Of a stretch of 64,000 nt of DNA, positions 55,805-64,000 are shown piece after piece. The notes under the pieces are model-generated. The model was not told the origin of the DNA. It made no database searches and saw only the letters and a list, made by a program, of their open reading frames with translations. Origin of the DNA: an uncultured Gammaproteobacteria bacterium (GTDB lineage Bacteria > Patescibacteriota > Microgenomatia > Levybacterales > UBA12049); assembly GCA_964521295.1 (NCBI GenBank), contig CAZFRF010000001.1:705016-769015 (forward strand), written 5' to 3'. The translations under genes were made by a program, and so were the position numbers. How positions within the stretch are numbered: position 1 is the first letter of the stretch; each line of letters starts with the position of its first letter.

Positions 55805-55876
55805 TACCAGGGGCGAGGATCGAACTCGCGACCACCGGGATATGAATCCGGAGCTCTACCACTAAGCTACCCTGGC
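55805..55876 (-). tRNA. tRNA with CAT anticodon (elongator Met or Ile2)
   Basis: Reverse complement is GCCAGGGTAGCTTAGTGGTAGAGCTCCGGATTCATATCCCGGTGGTCGCGAGTTCGATCCTCGCCCCTGGTA. Anticodon loop TTCATAT, T arm GCGAG-TTCGATC-CTCGC, G1-U72 wobble. Confidence 0.55.
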
Positions 55877-55916
55877 GCACACTGTATTTTATCATCTGAA
55901 TTAAAATGAGGCAAAT

Positions 55917-56339
55917 TTAGGGCATTACGCAGTTTAAATCAACAATCAAATGCGTTGTTTCCTGGGCTCCTTTGGATACAGCAATATTATAATGAATATT
56001 GTCTTGATTATAAGAAAAATTTCCTGTTGCTGAATCAAAAATTACTTCAGGTGGAACTTGCAAAAAAGAAAATAATCCATTGCCTTTAGATGTAATGGCA
56101 ACATCTGCTATTGTTGTTCCCCAACCTCTATGATTGCTTATTTCTAAGGATTTACCTTCAGGCAAATCGAATGTTTGAGAATTGGTTAGTGGGCCTTTCT
56201 GGCAATCAACTAAATCGGTTGAGCCAACTTGTCCGTCAGCAGCTCCTTTGCACCCAGCTGCTACCAAAGCAAGACTAGCTAATGCAATCCCTGCTTGCCT
56301 ACGATTAACTCTGTTTTTAAATCTTTCTAGGCCAACCAT
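55917..56339 (-). CDS. Secreted or lipoprotein-like hypothetical protein (140 aa)
   Basis: Signal peptide with an AAGC lipobox-like segment. Confidence 0.3.
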   Translation of the reverse strand: MVGLERFKNRVNRRQAGIALASLALVAAGCKGAADGQVGSTDLVDCQKGPLTNSQTFDLPEGKSLEISNHRGWGTTIADVAITSKGNGLFSFLQVPPEVIFDSATGNFSYNQDNIHYNIAVSKGAQETTHLIVDLNCVMP

Positions 56340-56424
56340 AATTAAGATTTATTATAAATCTAGTTTTATAAAAGTCAATTAAAGATTGATCTGAAGCTAA
56401 AAATAAAGTATAATAGCTTTTACG

Positions 56425-56493
56425 CGCGGGGTAGTGTACAGTGCACGTGAGGCTCATAATCTCACAGGCTAGGCGCAACTCCTAGCCCCGCAA
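56425..56493 (+). tRNA. Initiator tRNA-fMet (CAT) with C1-A72 mismatch and an atypical T loop
   Basis: CGCGGGG...CCCCGCA-A acceptor with the C1xA72 mismatch typical of bacterial initiators. Anticodon loop CTCATAA. T arm CTAGG-CGCAACT-CCTAG lacks the usual TTC. Confidence 0.5.
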
Positions 56494-56511
56494 CATAGTC
56501 CCCAAATCTAT

Positions 56512-57294
56512 ATGAATAATAATCCAATTGGCATAATTGACTCAGGTCTGGGTGGTTTATCTATAGCCTCAAATTTAATTACTAATTTATCTTCGGAAAG
56601 TTTTATTTATCTTGGTGATTCTTTAAATTGTCCGTATGGTCAAAAGAGTAGGGAGGAGATTCTAAGCTTGACAAAAAAAATGATTGATTTTTTAGTTTGC
56701 CAAGAGATTAAGCTTTTGGTTGCAGCATGCAATACGATTACAGTTACCTGTATTGAGGACTTGAGAAAAGCTTATCCAAATTTTCCAATCGTAGGTATAG
56801 TTCCAGTAATAAAAACAGCAGCTAAAGTTTCTAAGAATAAAAAAATAGGCATCTTTTCAACTAAAGTAACTGCAGATAGTAAATATCAGCTAGATCTAAT
56901 TGAGAAGTTTCATAATGGTTGTGAAGTAGTAAATATTGGTTCAAGTGATTTAGTTAAGGCTATTGAAGCTTTAGATTTTGAATATGTTGATAGGGTTTTG
57001 GATCAAGAATTGGCGGTTTTCAGAGAAAAAGAAATCGATACTTTAGCCTTAGGCTGCTCTCATTTTCCGCTAATTAAGGCTAAAATTAAGGCAGATTTAC
57101 CAGGAGTTGCGATCTTAGACTCTGGCGAAGCAGTTTCGCATCAAGTTAAAAGAATATTAGAGCATAATCAACTGGTATCAAAACAAACAAATCCGAGCTA
57201 TAATTTTTATACAACTGGGAATCTGGAGCCAGTAACATATTTTGTTAATAAATTGACAAATAAGGCTAAAATCTCTAGAATTACGCTTCAATGA
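56512..57294 (+). CDS. murI: Glutamate racemase
   Basis: IGIIDSGLGGLS N-terminus and second catalytic Cys motif GCSHFP. Confidence 0.85.
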   Translation: MNNNPIGIIDSGLGGLSIASNLITNLSSESFIYLGDSLNCPYGQKSREEILSLTKKMIDFLVCQEIKLLVAACNTITVTCIEDLRKAYPNFPIVGIVPVIKTAAKVSKNKKIGIFSTKVTADSKYQLDLIEKFHNGCEVVNIGSSDLVKAIEALDFEYVDRVLDQELAVFREKEIDTLALGCSHFPLIKAKIKADLPGVAILDSGEAVSHQVKRILEHNQLVSKQTNPSYNFYTTGNLEPVTYFVNKLTNKAKISRITLQ

Positions 57295-58586
57295 AAGACT
57301 TTAAAGGATTAAAAATTGCAGTATTAGGCGCAGGGGTAGAGGGTTTATCTAGCGCAAAATACTTAGAAGCTAAAGGCGCGATAGTTGCCTTATTAGATGA
57401 AAAAGAAAATAAGGATTATTTAAGTGACCTAGAAAAGTATGATCTGATTGTTAGAAGTCCTGGTGTGAATCCTAAGCTTTTAAAAGATCTTCCCAAAGAA
57501 AAAGTTACCTCTCAAACTCGTCTTTTTATGGAACTTTGTCCAGCAAAAATCATCGGTGTAACTGGCACGAAAGGTAAGGGAACAACATCCTCGCTTATTT
57601 ATGAAATGCTTAGAAAGCAAGGATTTGATGCATATCTAGGAGGTAATATAGGAAAACCCCCATTTGACTTTTTGGACAATTTAAATGTTCACTCAGTAGT
57701 AGTACTAGAGCTCTCTAGTTTTCAATTAATTGATGTAGATAAAAGTCCAAATATCTCTGTTATGTTAATGATTACGTCAGAACATCTAAATTGGCATAGT
57801 GATTTAGAAGATTATATTTCTGCTAAGAGAAATATTTTTAGATTTCAGACGGAAAAAGACTTTGCAATTATTAATAAAGATTATCCAGAAAGTAGAGAAT
57901 CAGATATGGAGACTAATGGAAAAGTTTATTTTGTTTCTACAGAGGACGAATGTGAGAGAGGTGCTTTTATTAGACAAAATAGTGTTTGGATTAAGGATCA
58001 GGATCTAGAGGAAATGGTTATAAATACTAAGGATATTTTGCTTCCTGGTACCCACAATCTAGAAAATGTAACAGCAGCTTCAATGGCAGCGTATTTAGCA
58101 GGCGTTTCTATAAATAATATTGCGTATGTTTTGAAAAATTTTAAAGGCCTAGAGCACAGATTGGAATTAGTAGCAACAGTAAATGGAGTTAAATATTATG
58201 ATGATTCATTTTCAACTACTCCAGAAAGCACTATTGCTGCCATTAAAGCTTTTAAAAATCCAGAGATTTTGATTCTTGGTGGAGCTTCTAAAAATTCAGA
58301 TTTTGCAGAATTAGGAAGAGTAATAACAGAGGCTACAAATATTAAAGCAATTATTGGAATTGGAGAAGAATGGGAAAAAATTAAAGCACATTTAACCAAC
58401 TTAAATCAGGATGTTTTAGTTTTGGAAGGCGCAAAAGATATGGAAACAATTGTTTCGGCTGCTTCTAAATTAGTGGTTCCTGAAGATGTTGTTATTTTAA
58501 GTCCAGCCTGTGCTTCATTTGGAATGTTTAAAGATTATAAAGATAGGGGAAATCAATTTAAACTTCAAGTCTCTTCACTTAAATGA
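57291..58586 (+). CDS. murD: UDP-N-acetylmuramoylalanine--D-glutamate ligase
   Basis: Rossmann N-terminus IAVLGAGVEGLS and Mur ligase P-loop GVTGTKGKGTT. Adjacent to murI. Confidence 0.8.
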   Translation: MKDFKGLKIAVLGAGVEGLSSAKYLEAKGAIVALLDEKENKDYLSDLEKYDLIVRSPGVNPKLLKDLPKEKVTSQTRLFMELCPAKIIGVTGTKGKGTTSSLIYEMLRKQGFDAYLGGNIGKPPFDFLDNLNVHSVVVLELSSFQLIDVDKSPNISVMLMITSEHLNWHSDLEDYISAKRNIFRFQTEKDFAIINKDYPESRESDMETNGKVYFVSTEDECERGAFIRQNSVWIKDQDLEEMVINTKDILLPGTHNLENVTAASMAAYLAGVSINNIAYVLKNFKGLEHRLELVATVNGVKYYDDSFSTTPESTIAAIKAFKNPEILILGGASKNSDFAELGRVITEATNIKAIIGIGEEWEKIKAHLTNLNQDVLVLEGAKDMETIVSAASKLVVPEDVVILSPACASFGMFKDYKDRGNQFKLQVSSLK

Positions 58587-59758
58587 ATAAAGTAACTTTT
58601 AAAATAGTTAAAAAAGATTCTCAAACTAAAGCTAGGGCAGGTGTAATTTCAACTCCACATGGTGATGTTCACACTCCAATTTTTGTTCCTGTTGGTACTA
58701 AGGCAACTGTTAAGGCATTGTCGAGTAGAGATTTAAAAGAACTAGGAGCAGATATGGTTTTGGCTAATACATATCACTTACATTTAAGACCAGGTGAGGA
58801 TTTGGTTGATAGATTTGGAGGTCTAGCTAAATTCATGAGTTGGAATGGTCCAACTATGACAGATTCAGGAGGGTTCCAGGTTTTTTCCTTAGGAGTTGGT
58901 CTTGAGCATGGAGTAGGAAAGCTTTTGAGAGAAGAAGAGGCAGAGGCAAAACCAAGGCTTAATAAAATAACTCCAGAAGGTGTTACTTTTCAATCGCATA
59001 TTGATGGAAGCAAGCAATTTCTGTCTCCTGAGGTTTCAATTGCCATTCAAGAGAAAATTGGAGCAGATTTAATTGTGGCTTTTGATGATTTAGAGTCGCC
59101 TAAATACTCATATGAAGATACCGAAAAGTCTTTAAGGCTCACAGAGGAATGGTTAGTTAGATCAAAAAAAGCTCATAAAAGAACAGACCAGCTTTTATAC
59201 GGAGTAACTCATGGAGGAAGTTTTAAGGATTTAAGAGAAGAAAGCGCTAAGTTTAACAATGAGCATTTTGACGCTATAGCTTTAGGTGGAGCACATAGAA
59301 ATAAAGAAAATTTATATGAAGTTTTGGATTGGACAGTCCCACACTTAGACGAGGATAAGCCAAGACATCTGCTTGGTATTGGTGAAATTGATGATATATT
59401 TGAAGGCGTTGAGAGGGGAATGGATACTTTTGATTGTGTTATCCCAACTCGTATAGGTAGAGCAGGGTACTTTTTTGTGTCTCCAGATTTGGGAAATGTA
59501 AAAAATAGATTTAGATTAAATATTAATAAACCTGAATTTAAATTAGATGAAAAACCTTTAGATGCAAATTGTGCATGCTATACGTGTCAAAATTACACTA
59601 GAGCTTATCTGCGTTACTTATTAACAAGTAGAGAGCTTTTAGCATATAACTTAATTAGTTTGCATAATGTTCATTTCTTAGTTAACTTAACTAAAAAGAT
59701 AAGAGAAGCTATTATTGACGGTAAGTTTTCAGATCTCAAAAAAGAGTGGTTGCCTTAA
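58583..59758 (+). CDS. tgt: Queuine tRNA-ribosyltransferase
   Basis: FVPVGT, LANTYHLHLRPG, and zinc site CxCxxC...H (CACYTCQNYTRAYLRYL). Confidence 0.85.
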   Translation: MNKVTFKIVKKDSQTKARAGVISTPHGDVHTPIFVPVGTKATVKALSSRDLKELGADMVLANTYHLHLRPGEDLVDRFGGLAKFMSWNGPTMTDSGGFQVFSLGVGLEHGVGKLLREEEAEAKPRLNKITPEGVTFQSHIDGSKQFLSPEVSIAIQEKIGADLIVAFDDLESPKYSYEDTEKSLRLTEEWLVRSKKAHKRTDQLLYGVTHGGSFKDLREESAKFNNEHFDAIALGGAHRNKENLYEVLDWTVPHLDEDKPRHLLGIGEIDDIFEGVERGMDTFDCVIPTRIGRAGYFFVSPDLGNVKNRFRLNINKPEFKLDEKPLDANCACYTCQNYTRAYLRYLLTSRELLAYNLISLHNVHFLVNLTKKIREAIIDGKFSDLKKEWLP

Positions 59759-59769
59759 CCCCATAACCC

Positions 59770-59798
59770 TTGACATCCGCATTAAATATCAGTATACT
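59770..59798 (+). promoter_or_regulatory. Putative sigma70-type promoter TTGACA-17-TATACT for the yerC-like gene
   Basis: TTGACA at 59770-59775 and TATACT at 59793-59798 with a 17-nt spacer. The ATG follows at 59802. Confidence 0.45.
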
Positions 59799-59801
59799 AG
59801 T

Positions 59802-60092
59802 ATGATGATATTTAAGAAAAACAGTGTAAATATTAACAAGGATATTTCAAGTCAGTTTGATAACCTTATAAATAAGTTTTTAGAGATTGATTCTAAAAAG
59901 GAAATGGAAGATTTTTTAAGAGGAATTTTAACTGATAAAGAATTAAGAGAAATACCTAATAGATTGGAAATAATTAAACTGTTAAAAAAAGAAATATCTC
60001 AGCATGAAATTGCTAGTCGTTTAGGAGTTGGAATTGCGACTGTTACCAGAGGATCAAAAGAATTAAAAAAAGGAAGATTTAAGTATGTTTAA
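59802..60092 (+). CDS. YerC/YecD-family (TrpR-related) DNA-binding protein
   Basis: LTDKELREIPNRLEIIKLLKKEISQHEIASRLGVGIATVTRGSKEL matches the YerC/YecD family. The ORF-track start at 59715 lies inside tgt. The internal ATG gives about 96 aa. Confidence 0.65.
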   Translation: MMIFKKNSVNINKDISSQFDNLINKFLEIDSKKEMEDFLRGILTDKELREIPNRLEIIKLLKKEISQHEIASRLGVGIATVTRGSKELKKGRFKYV

Positions 60093-60115
60093 GATTTTGA
60101 TAAATAGAATTTGGC

Positions 60116-60202
60116 ACAAGCCTCTTTTGGGGGCTTGTATTTGCATGGAATAAAATCATTTTCTATCTGAAAACAAACCTCCAATAAATGGAGGTTTTTT
60201 TA
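60116..60202 (+). terminator. Two rho-independent terminator-like hairpins downstream of the yerC-like gene
   Basis: ACAAGCC-tcttttgg-GGCTTGT followed by ATTT. AAACCTCC-aataaat-GGAGGTTT followed by TTTTTT (60175-60202). Confidence 0.55.
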
Positions 60203-60219
60203 TTGGAAAGGAGGTGAGT

Positions 60220-61119
60220 ATGATAGAAAATATTTTTAAAACAAATTTGGAGATTGCAAAGAGGGTAGAGGTGCCAACAGAGTGCCCGTTTATTTTAGTT
60301 GCAGTCGCTCCATGTAGGAGTGGAACAACTGCGCAGCTAAGGGTATTTGCTGAGGCTGGTGTTCCAGCTCATTATCAACCACTTAAGGCAATACTTAGAG
60401 ATTTGGAGCAGGGAAAAGAATCTGCGTTTAGGATTCCTGAGGATAAGCCTAAGATCTTTATTAAAGAGACAGTTGGGCCATATACCGTAGGAGAATCAAC
60501 GCTTGATCCTTTAGCAATTTTGCTGAATGCGGGCGTGCCTAAAGATAGGATACATTTAATTCCGATGTTAAGGCAGCCTATGGCAACATTTGCGTCGTGG
60601 ATTAAGGTGAATCAAGCTGTCGAACGCTTTTTTGGTGGGGCTATTCCGACTGATGATTTATTGTCTAATTTAATAACTTCTTATGAAACAGTAGAGCAAA
60701 TTAGGCAGCAGGCATTAGATTTAGGCATTCCAACAACTACATTTGTGCAAGAATCGTTAAGAGATAATTCGCCAATAGATGTTGTTGAGTCTCTATTAAA
60801 TAAGACAGGCTTAAGTTTTAATAAAAATTCTGTTGAAGGATGGAGATCTTTGCCTCAAATGGGGTCTATGGGATCAAATATAATTTTTCATCCTGTAGAT
60901 AGTGAGCCAGAAAAAGACGAGGGTGCTCAGATAATTCATAAAATTTTGTTAAATTCCGATGGGTTGCAATATATCGCTAAGGAAGATAACGATGCTAGGA
61001 TAATTCAACCAGAGCAGAGAAGAAGACTTTTGGGCTCAAGGCTGGGGTCTATTTATGAAGGATTCAGGGGCGCTTCGGAAATTGATCTAGGGTTAAAGAT
61101 CAAGCCATTTAGAGTGTGA
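60220..61119 (+). CDS. Sulfotransferase-family-like protein (P-loop-like PCRSGTT PAPS-binding motif). Local GC is elevated.
   Basis: FILVAVAPCRSGTTAQLRVF resembles the sulfotransferase 5'-PSB motif (PKSGTT). An RBS GGAGGTGA lies 6 nt upstream of the ATG at 60220. Confidence 0.35.
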   Translation: MIENIFKTNLEIAKRVEVPTECPFILVAVAPCRSGTTAQLRVFAEAGVPAHYQPLKAILRDLEQGKESAFRIPEDKPKIFIKETVGPYTVGESTLDPLAILLNAGVPKDRIHLIPMLRQPMATFASWIKVNQAVERFFGGAIPTDDLLSNLITSYETVEQIRQQALDLGIPTTTFVQESLRDNSPIDVVESLLNKTGLSFNKNSVEGWRSLPQMGSMGSNIIFHPVDSEPEKDEGAQIIHKILLNSDGLQYIAKEDNDARIIQPEQRRRLLGSRLGSIYEGFRGASEIDLGLKIKPFRV

Positions 61120-61194
61120 TAATTAGAGGAAGCATTAATGCTTCCTCTAATTTCCTATGTTTGCTAATTAAAAGGTTGTGTATATAATAAGCGT

Positions 61195-62181
61195 ATGAGT
61201 AAAGTAATTTTTTCAGGAGTTCAACCGAGTGGCAATTTGCATATTGGTAATTTAATTGGAGCATTAAATCAGTGGAGAAATGTCCAAGAAGGAAATGATG
61301 CCTTGTTTTGTATTGTAGATTTGCATGCAATTACTGTTTATCAAAATCCAGAAGAATTAAGACAAAAAATTGAAGAAGTAGCTGCTTTATATATTGCTTG
61401 TGGTATTGATCCAGAAAAAGCCCATATTTTTGTACAAAGTCAAAATCCAGACCATGCAAATTTAGCCTGGATTTTAAACTGCATAACTCCTTTTGGTCAA
61501 CTTGAAAGAATGACTCAGTTTAAAGACAAGAGTCAATCTCAAGCTGATTCTACTACCGCAGGTTTGTTTGATTATCCAGTCTTAATGGCAGCAGATATTC
61601 TTTTATATCAAACTGATGAGGTTCCAGTTGGTGAAGATCAAAAGCAACATTTAGAATTAACGCGTGATTTAGCAGAAAAGTTTAATTCTAAATATGGTCA
61701 AGCGTTTAAATTGCCTAATCCAGTAATAAATAAAGATGTTGCTAGAATAATGAGCTTAACAGATCCAACAAAGAAGATGAGTAAATCCGATGAGAATCCA
61801 AATAGTAGAATCAATATTCTAGATACAGAAGAAGAGATTAGAGAAAAGATTAAAAAAGCAGTTACTGATTCTGGTTCTCAAATCTCAAGAGATAGTGGTT
61901 CAGAAGCAATCTCCAATTTAGTTGCTATTTATGCAGCTTTTGCAGGAGTAAGTTTTGATAAAGCCTATGAAGAGCTAGAGGGTAAATCATATGGAGAATT
62001 TAAGTCACTCCTAGCGGATTTAGTTGTTCAAAAATTATCTGATATTCAGAAAAAATATTCAGAAGTCATAAATAAACCAGAATATATTAAAGAGGTTTTA
62101 GAAAAGGGAAGAGAATATGCGGTATTTAAATCGTCTGAAACTTTAATTAATGTCAAGAAACTTGTTGGCCTCGTGTATTAG
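61195..62181 (+). CDS. trpS: Tryptophanyl-tRNA synthetase
   Basis: GVQPSGNLHIGNLIG (HIGH) and KMSKS motifs. Length is 328 aa. Confidence 0.9.
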   Translation: MSKVIFSGVQPSGNLHIGNLIGALNQWRNVQEGNDALFCIVDLHAITVYQNPEELRQKIEEVAALYIACGIDPEKAHIFVQSQNPDHANLAWILNCITPFGQLERMTQFKDKSQSQADSTTAGLFDYPVLMAADILLYQTDEVPVGEDQKQHLELTRDLAEKFNSKYGQAFKLPNPVINKDVARIMSLTDPTKKMSKSDENPNSRINILDTEEEIREKIKKAVTDSGSQISRDSGSEAISNLVAIYAAFAGVSFDKAYEELEGKSYGEFKSLLADLVVQKLSDIQKKYSEVINKPEYIKEVLEKGREYAVFKSSETLINVKKLVGLVY

Positions 62182-63043
62182 CTGCAAAAAAATCTTTTAA
62201 TTTATCAGCCCAAGCTTTGCTTTCATAATCCATTCCTGTGTCAATGAATAGCTGCGCAATGTCATCTGTCGCCATCTCGTCTATTGAATAATCATTATTT
62301 AGTAGGCCTGTTTCTGTAATAACAGATTTTGATAATCTTCCAAACAGTTCTGCTTGATATGCATCTGGTGTATTTTGAAAAGCAGTAATTCTAGCTTCTT
62401 TTTCAGCTAGGGAAAGGCTGTCTGGAAGAGATTTGAAATAATCCTCAATTATTTCCATACTTATGTTTGCAAAAGCAAAAGAATCTGCTAGAGTTAGGCT
62501 ACTTGATCCATCAATTATCTCCTGATATGACAGGCTTATTCCAAAATAGAGTTGTCCCAAACTATCAATTTGTCCTGTTGTAACAACTTTCATGTCTGGA
62601 TCGTTAACCACCTCTAAAACTACACGATCGTTATTTGATCCAATAAGAATATTTTCACCAGCTTGGCTATATTCTGCATTATCTGATTGAGGCATTTTAG
62701 AAAGAGTGTCAATTATTCTTGCTTCAGCTAGTTGACCTGCTTGATCTTCTGTTTGCAAGGCGAGTGAGGTATTTGGGTCAAATGAGTATCCATCTTTCCA
62801 AAGTTTTTTTTCAGATGCGCTAGGATTTACTCCTAATTCACGAGCTGCTTGTAAAAATACCTCAGCTTGGGTATGGGAGTTTGCTTCAGGCTGTACGGCA
62901 GCAGGATTAATGTCGGGATTATTCGGAGGAGTTGAGCAGGCTGCTAGATCTAATCCTGCTGAAAATATTAAAGTAGCAGCTATTCCCAAATTCCTTACTC
63001 TTTCTCTAGTTCTAATGTTTACTCTGTTTTTAAGTCTTTCCAT
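62153..63043 (-). CDS. Secreted or lipoprotein hypothetical protein (296 aa)
   Basis: Signal peptide with a LAACS lipobox. Acidic Asp/Glu-rich mature part. Confidence 0.3.
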   Translation of the reverse strand: MERLKNRVNIRTRERVRNLGIAATLIFSAGLDLAACSTPPNNPDINPAAVQPEANSHTQAEVFLQAARELGVNPSASEKKLWKDGYSFDPNTSLALQTEDQAGQLAEARIIDTLSKMPQSDNAEYSQAGENILIGSNNDRVVLEVVNDPDMKVVTTGQIDSLGQLYFGISLSYQEIIDGSSSLTLADSFAFANISMEIIEDYFKSLPDSLSLAEKEARITAFQNTPDAYQAELFGRLSKSVITETGLLNNDYSIDEMATDDIAQLFIDTGMDYESKAWADKLKDFFAANTRGQQVS

Positions 63044-63131
63044 CTTGGGTGGAAGTATAGCAGATAAGTAACTAAAAACAAAGCTCAGCAGCCTAGAAAA
63101 TAAAAGTATATTGTGCTATACTTTCCAGACT

Positions 63132-64000
63132 ATGGCAGGTATAAAAAGACCCAAGAAACTAAAGCAAGTTAAGGTGAAGATGAAGTTCTCCTGGAAAAAT
63201 ATAATTATTTATTTTGCCTTAATTTTATTTACTGGTTTCTTGTTTTTCGGCATTACTTCTCCTAATGGAACTAATTCTTTAGATGCAAATACGAAAACAG
63301 TTTCCTTATCCACTCTTATTGCCGATGTTAAAAATGGAAAAGTAAAATCAATTGAAGTATATCCGAATAAAATTGTTGCTAAAGAGGGAAAGGTAACTTT
63401 AGAAAGTTTCAAAGAGACAAGCTCTAATGTGTATCAGCTTTTTAAAGATGCTGGTGTTAATTTAAATAAAACTAATGTTGTTATTAAAGACGATACAACC
63501 TTAAATAATTGGTTGAATATTTTATCGGGTGTTTTACCAATAGTTTTAATGGTCGCATTCTTTTGGTTTATTTTTAGGCAAGCAAGGGGAGCACAGGAAA
63601 ACATTTTTAGTTTTGGTAAATCTAGTGCCAAGCTTTTTAGTAAAGATACTCCAAGAACTACATTTTCTGATGTAGCTGGTGTTGATGAGGCAAAGCAAGA
63701 ATTAACTGAAATAGTAGATTTCCTTAAAAATCCAGGTAAATACAAAGCTATGGGCGCAAGAACTCCAAAAGGTGTTTTGATGGTTGGCCCATCAGGAACT
63801 GGAAAAACACTACTTGCTAGAGCAACTGCTGGCGAAGCAGGAGTAGCTTTCTTTTCAATGGCAGGATCAGAATTTATGGAAATGTTGGTTGGAGTTGGCG
63901 CTTCAAGAGTTAGAGATTTGTTCAACAATGCTAAAAAAGCTCAGCCTGCAATTATCTTTATTGATGAGATTGATGCAATCGGAAGACAAAGAGGTAATGG
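63132..64000 (+). CDS. ftsH: ATP-dependent zinc metalloprotease FtsH, 3' partial
   Basis: Hand translation from the ATG at 63132 gives two TM helices and then the AAA module ...[35 protein letters not shown]...[15 protein letters not shown]. It is open at the window end. The two minus-strand ORFs in the track here are antisense artefacts. Confidence 0.85.
   Translation, partial: MAGIKRPKKLKQVKVKMKFSWKNIIIYFALILFTGFLFFGITSPNGTNSLDANTKTVSLSTLIADVKNGKVKSIEVYPNKIVAKEGKVTLESFKETSSNVYQLFKDAGVNLNKTNVVIKDDTTLNNWLNILSGVLPIVLMVAFFWFIFRQARGAQENIFSFGKSSAKLFSKDTPRTTFSDVAGVDEAKQELTEIVDFLKNPGKYKAMGARTPKGVLMVGPSGTGKTLLARATAGEAGVAFFSMAGSEFMEMLVGVGASRVRDLFNNAKKAQPAIIFIDEIDAIGRQRGN

Noticed and set aside
63209-63928. 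Two minus-strand ORFs (67 and 164 aa) at the window end
   Set aside because: They are antisense to an unambiguous ftsH reading frame whose translation shows canonical AAA motifs. They are shadow ORFs.
1-64000. CRISPR arrays, rRNA genes, transposase or IS elements
   Set aside because: No regularly spaced direct repeats, no rRNA-like conserved stretches and no transposase-like ORFs were seen while reading the window.

Overview
This 64 kb window looks like a low-GC, reduced genome of Patescibacteria/CPR type. The family assignment is an inference from gene content and compactness. The window contains the chromosomal replication origin: rpmH-rnpA-yidD-yidC-jag on the minus strand, diverging from dnaA-dnaN on the plus strand, with consensus DnaA boxes on both sides of dnaA. 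Downstream of dnaN sits a roughly 16 kb locus (about 9.2 to 25.2 kb) that looks like a Gram-positive-style type IV secretion or conjugative-pilus system. It has a VirB4-like ATPase encoded as two translationally coupled ORFs, a two-TM VirB3-like protein fused to a coiled coil and a CarboxypepD_reg-like domain, and five tandem VirB2-like pilin genes. Two of the pilin genes share a near-identical core, and one is fused to a large Cys-rich ectodomain. The locus also has a TrbL/VirB6-like polytopic membrane protein, a membrane-anchored SLT-like hydrolase plus a secreted C39-like peptidase (the peptidoglycan-remodelling pair), an ATPase-like winged-helix regulator, and an unannotatable 1177-aa acidic, proline-rich protein. 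A VirD4/TraG-like coupling ATPase lies separately at 51.7 to 54.1 kb, directly beside a tRNA-Ile(UAU) and a tyrosine recombinase. The rest is housekeeping: an unusually dense tRNA set with five tRNA-Ser species (one with an apparent ACU anticodon); a tmRNA found by eye next to smpB; NrdR, B12-dependent NrdJ and a PduO-type adenosyltransferase; two class A PBPs; SpoIID/LytB; a LytR_C protein; pgk, gap, rpiB and rpe; murI and murD; tgt; trpS; a P-type ATPase; an ftsH start; a DUF4012/flippase/O-antigen-ligase surface-glycan cluster; and a possible GC-rich sulfotransferase-like insertion. All calls come from reading the sequence and the ORF translations by eye, with no searches run.
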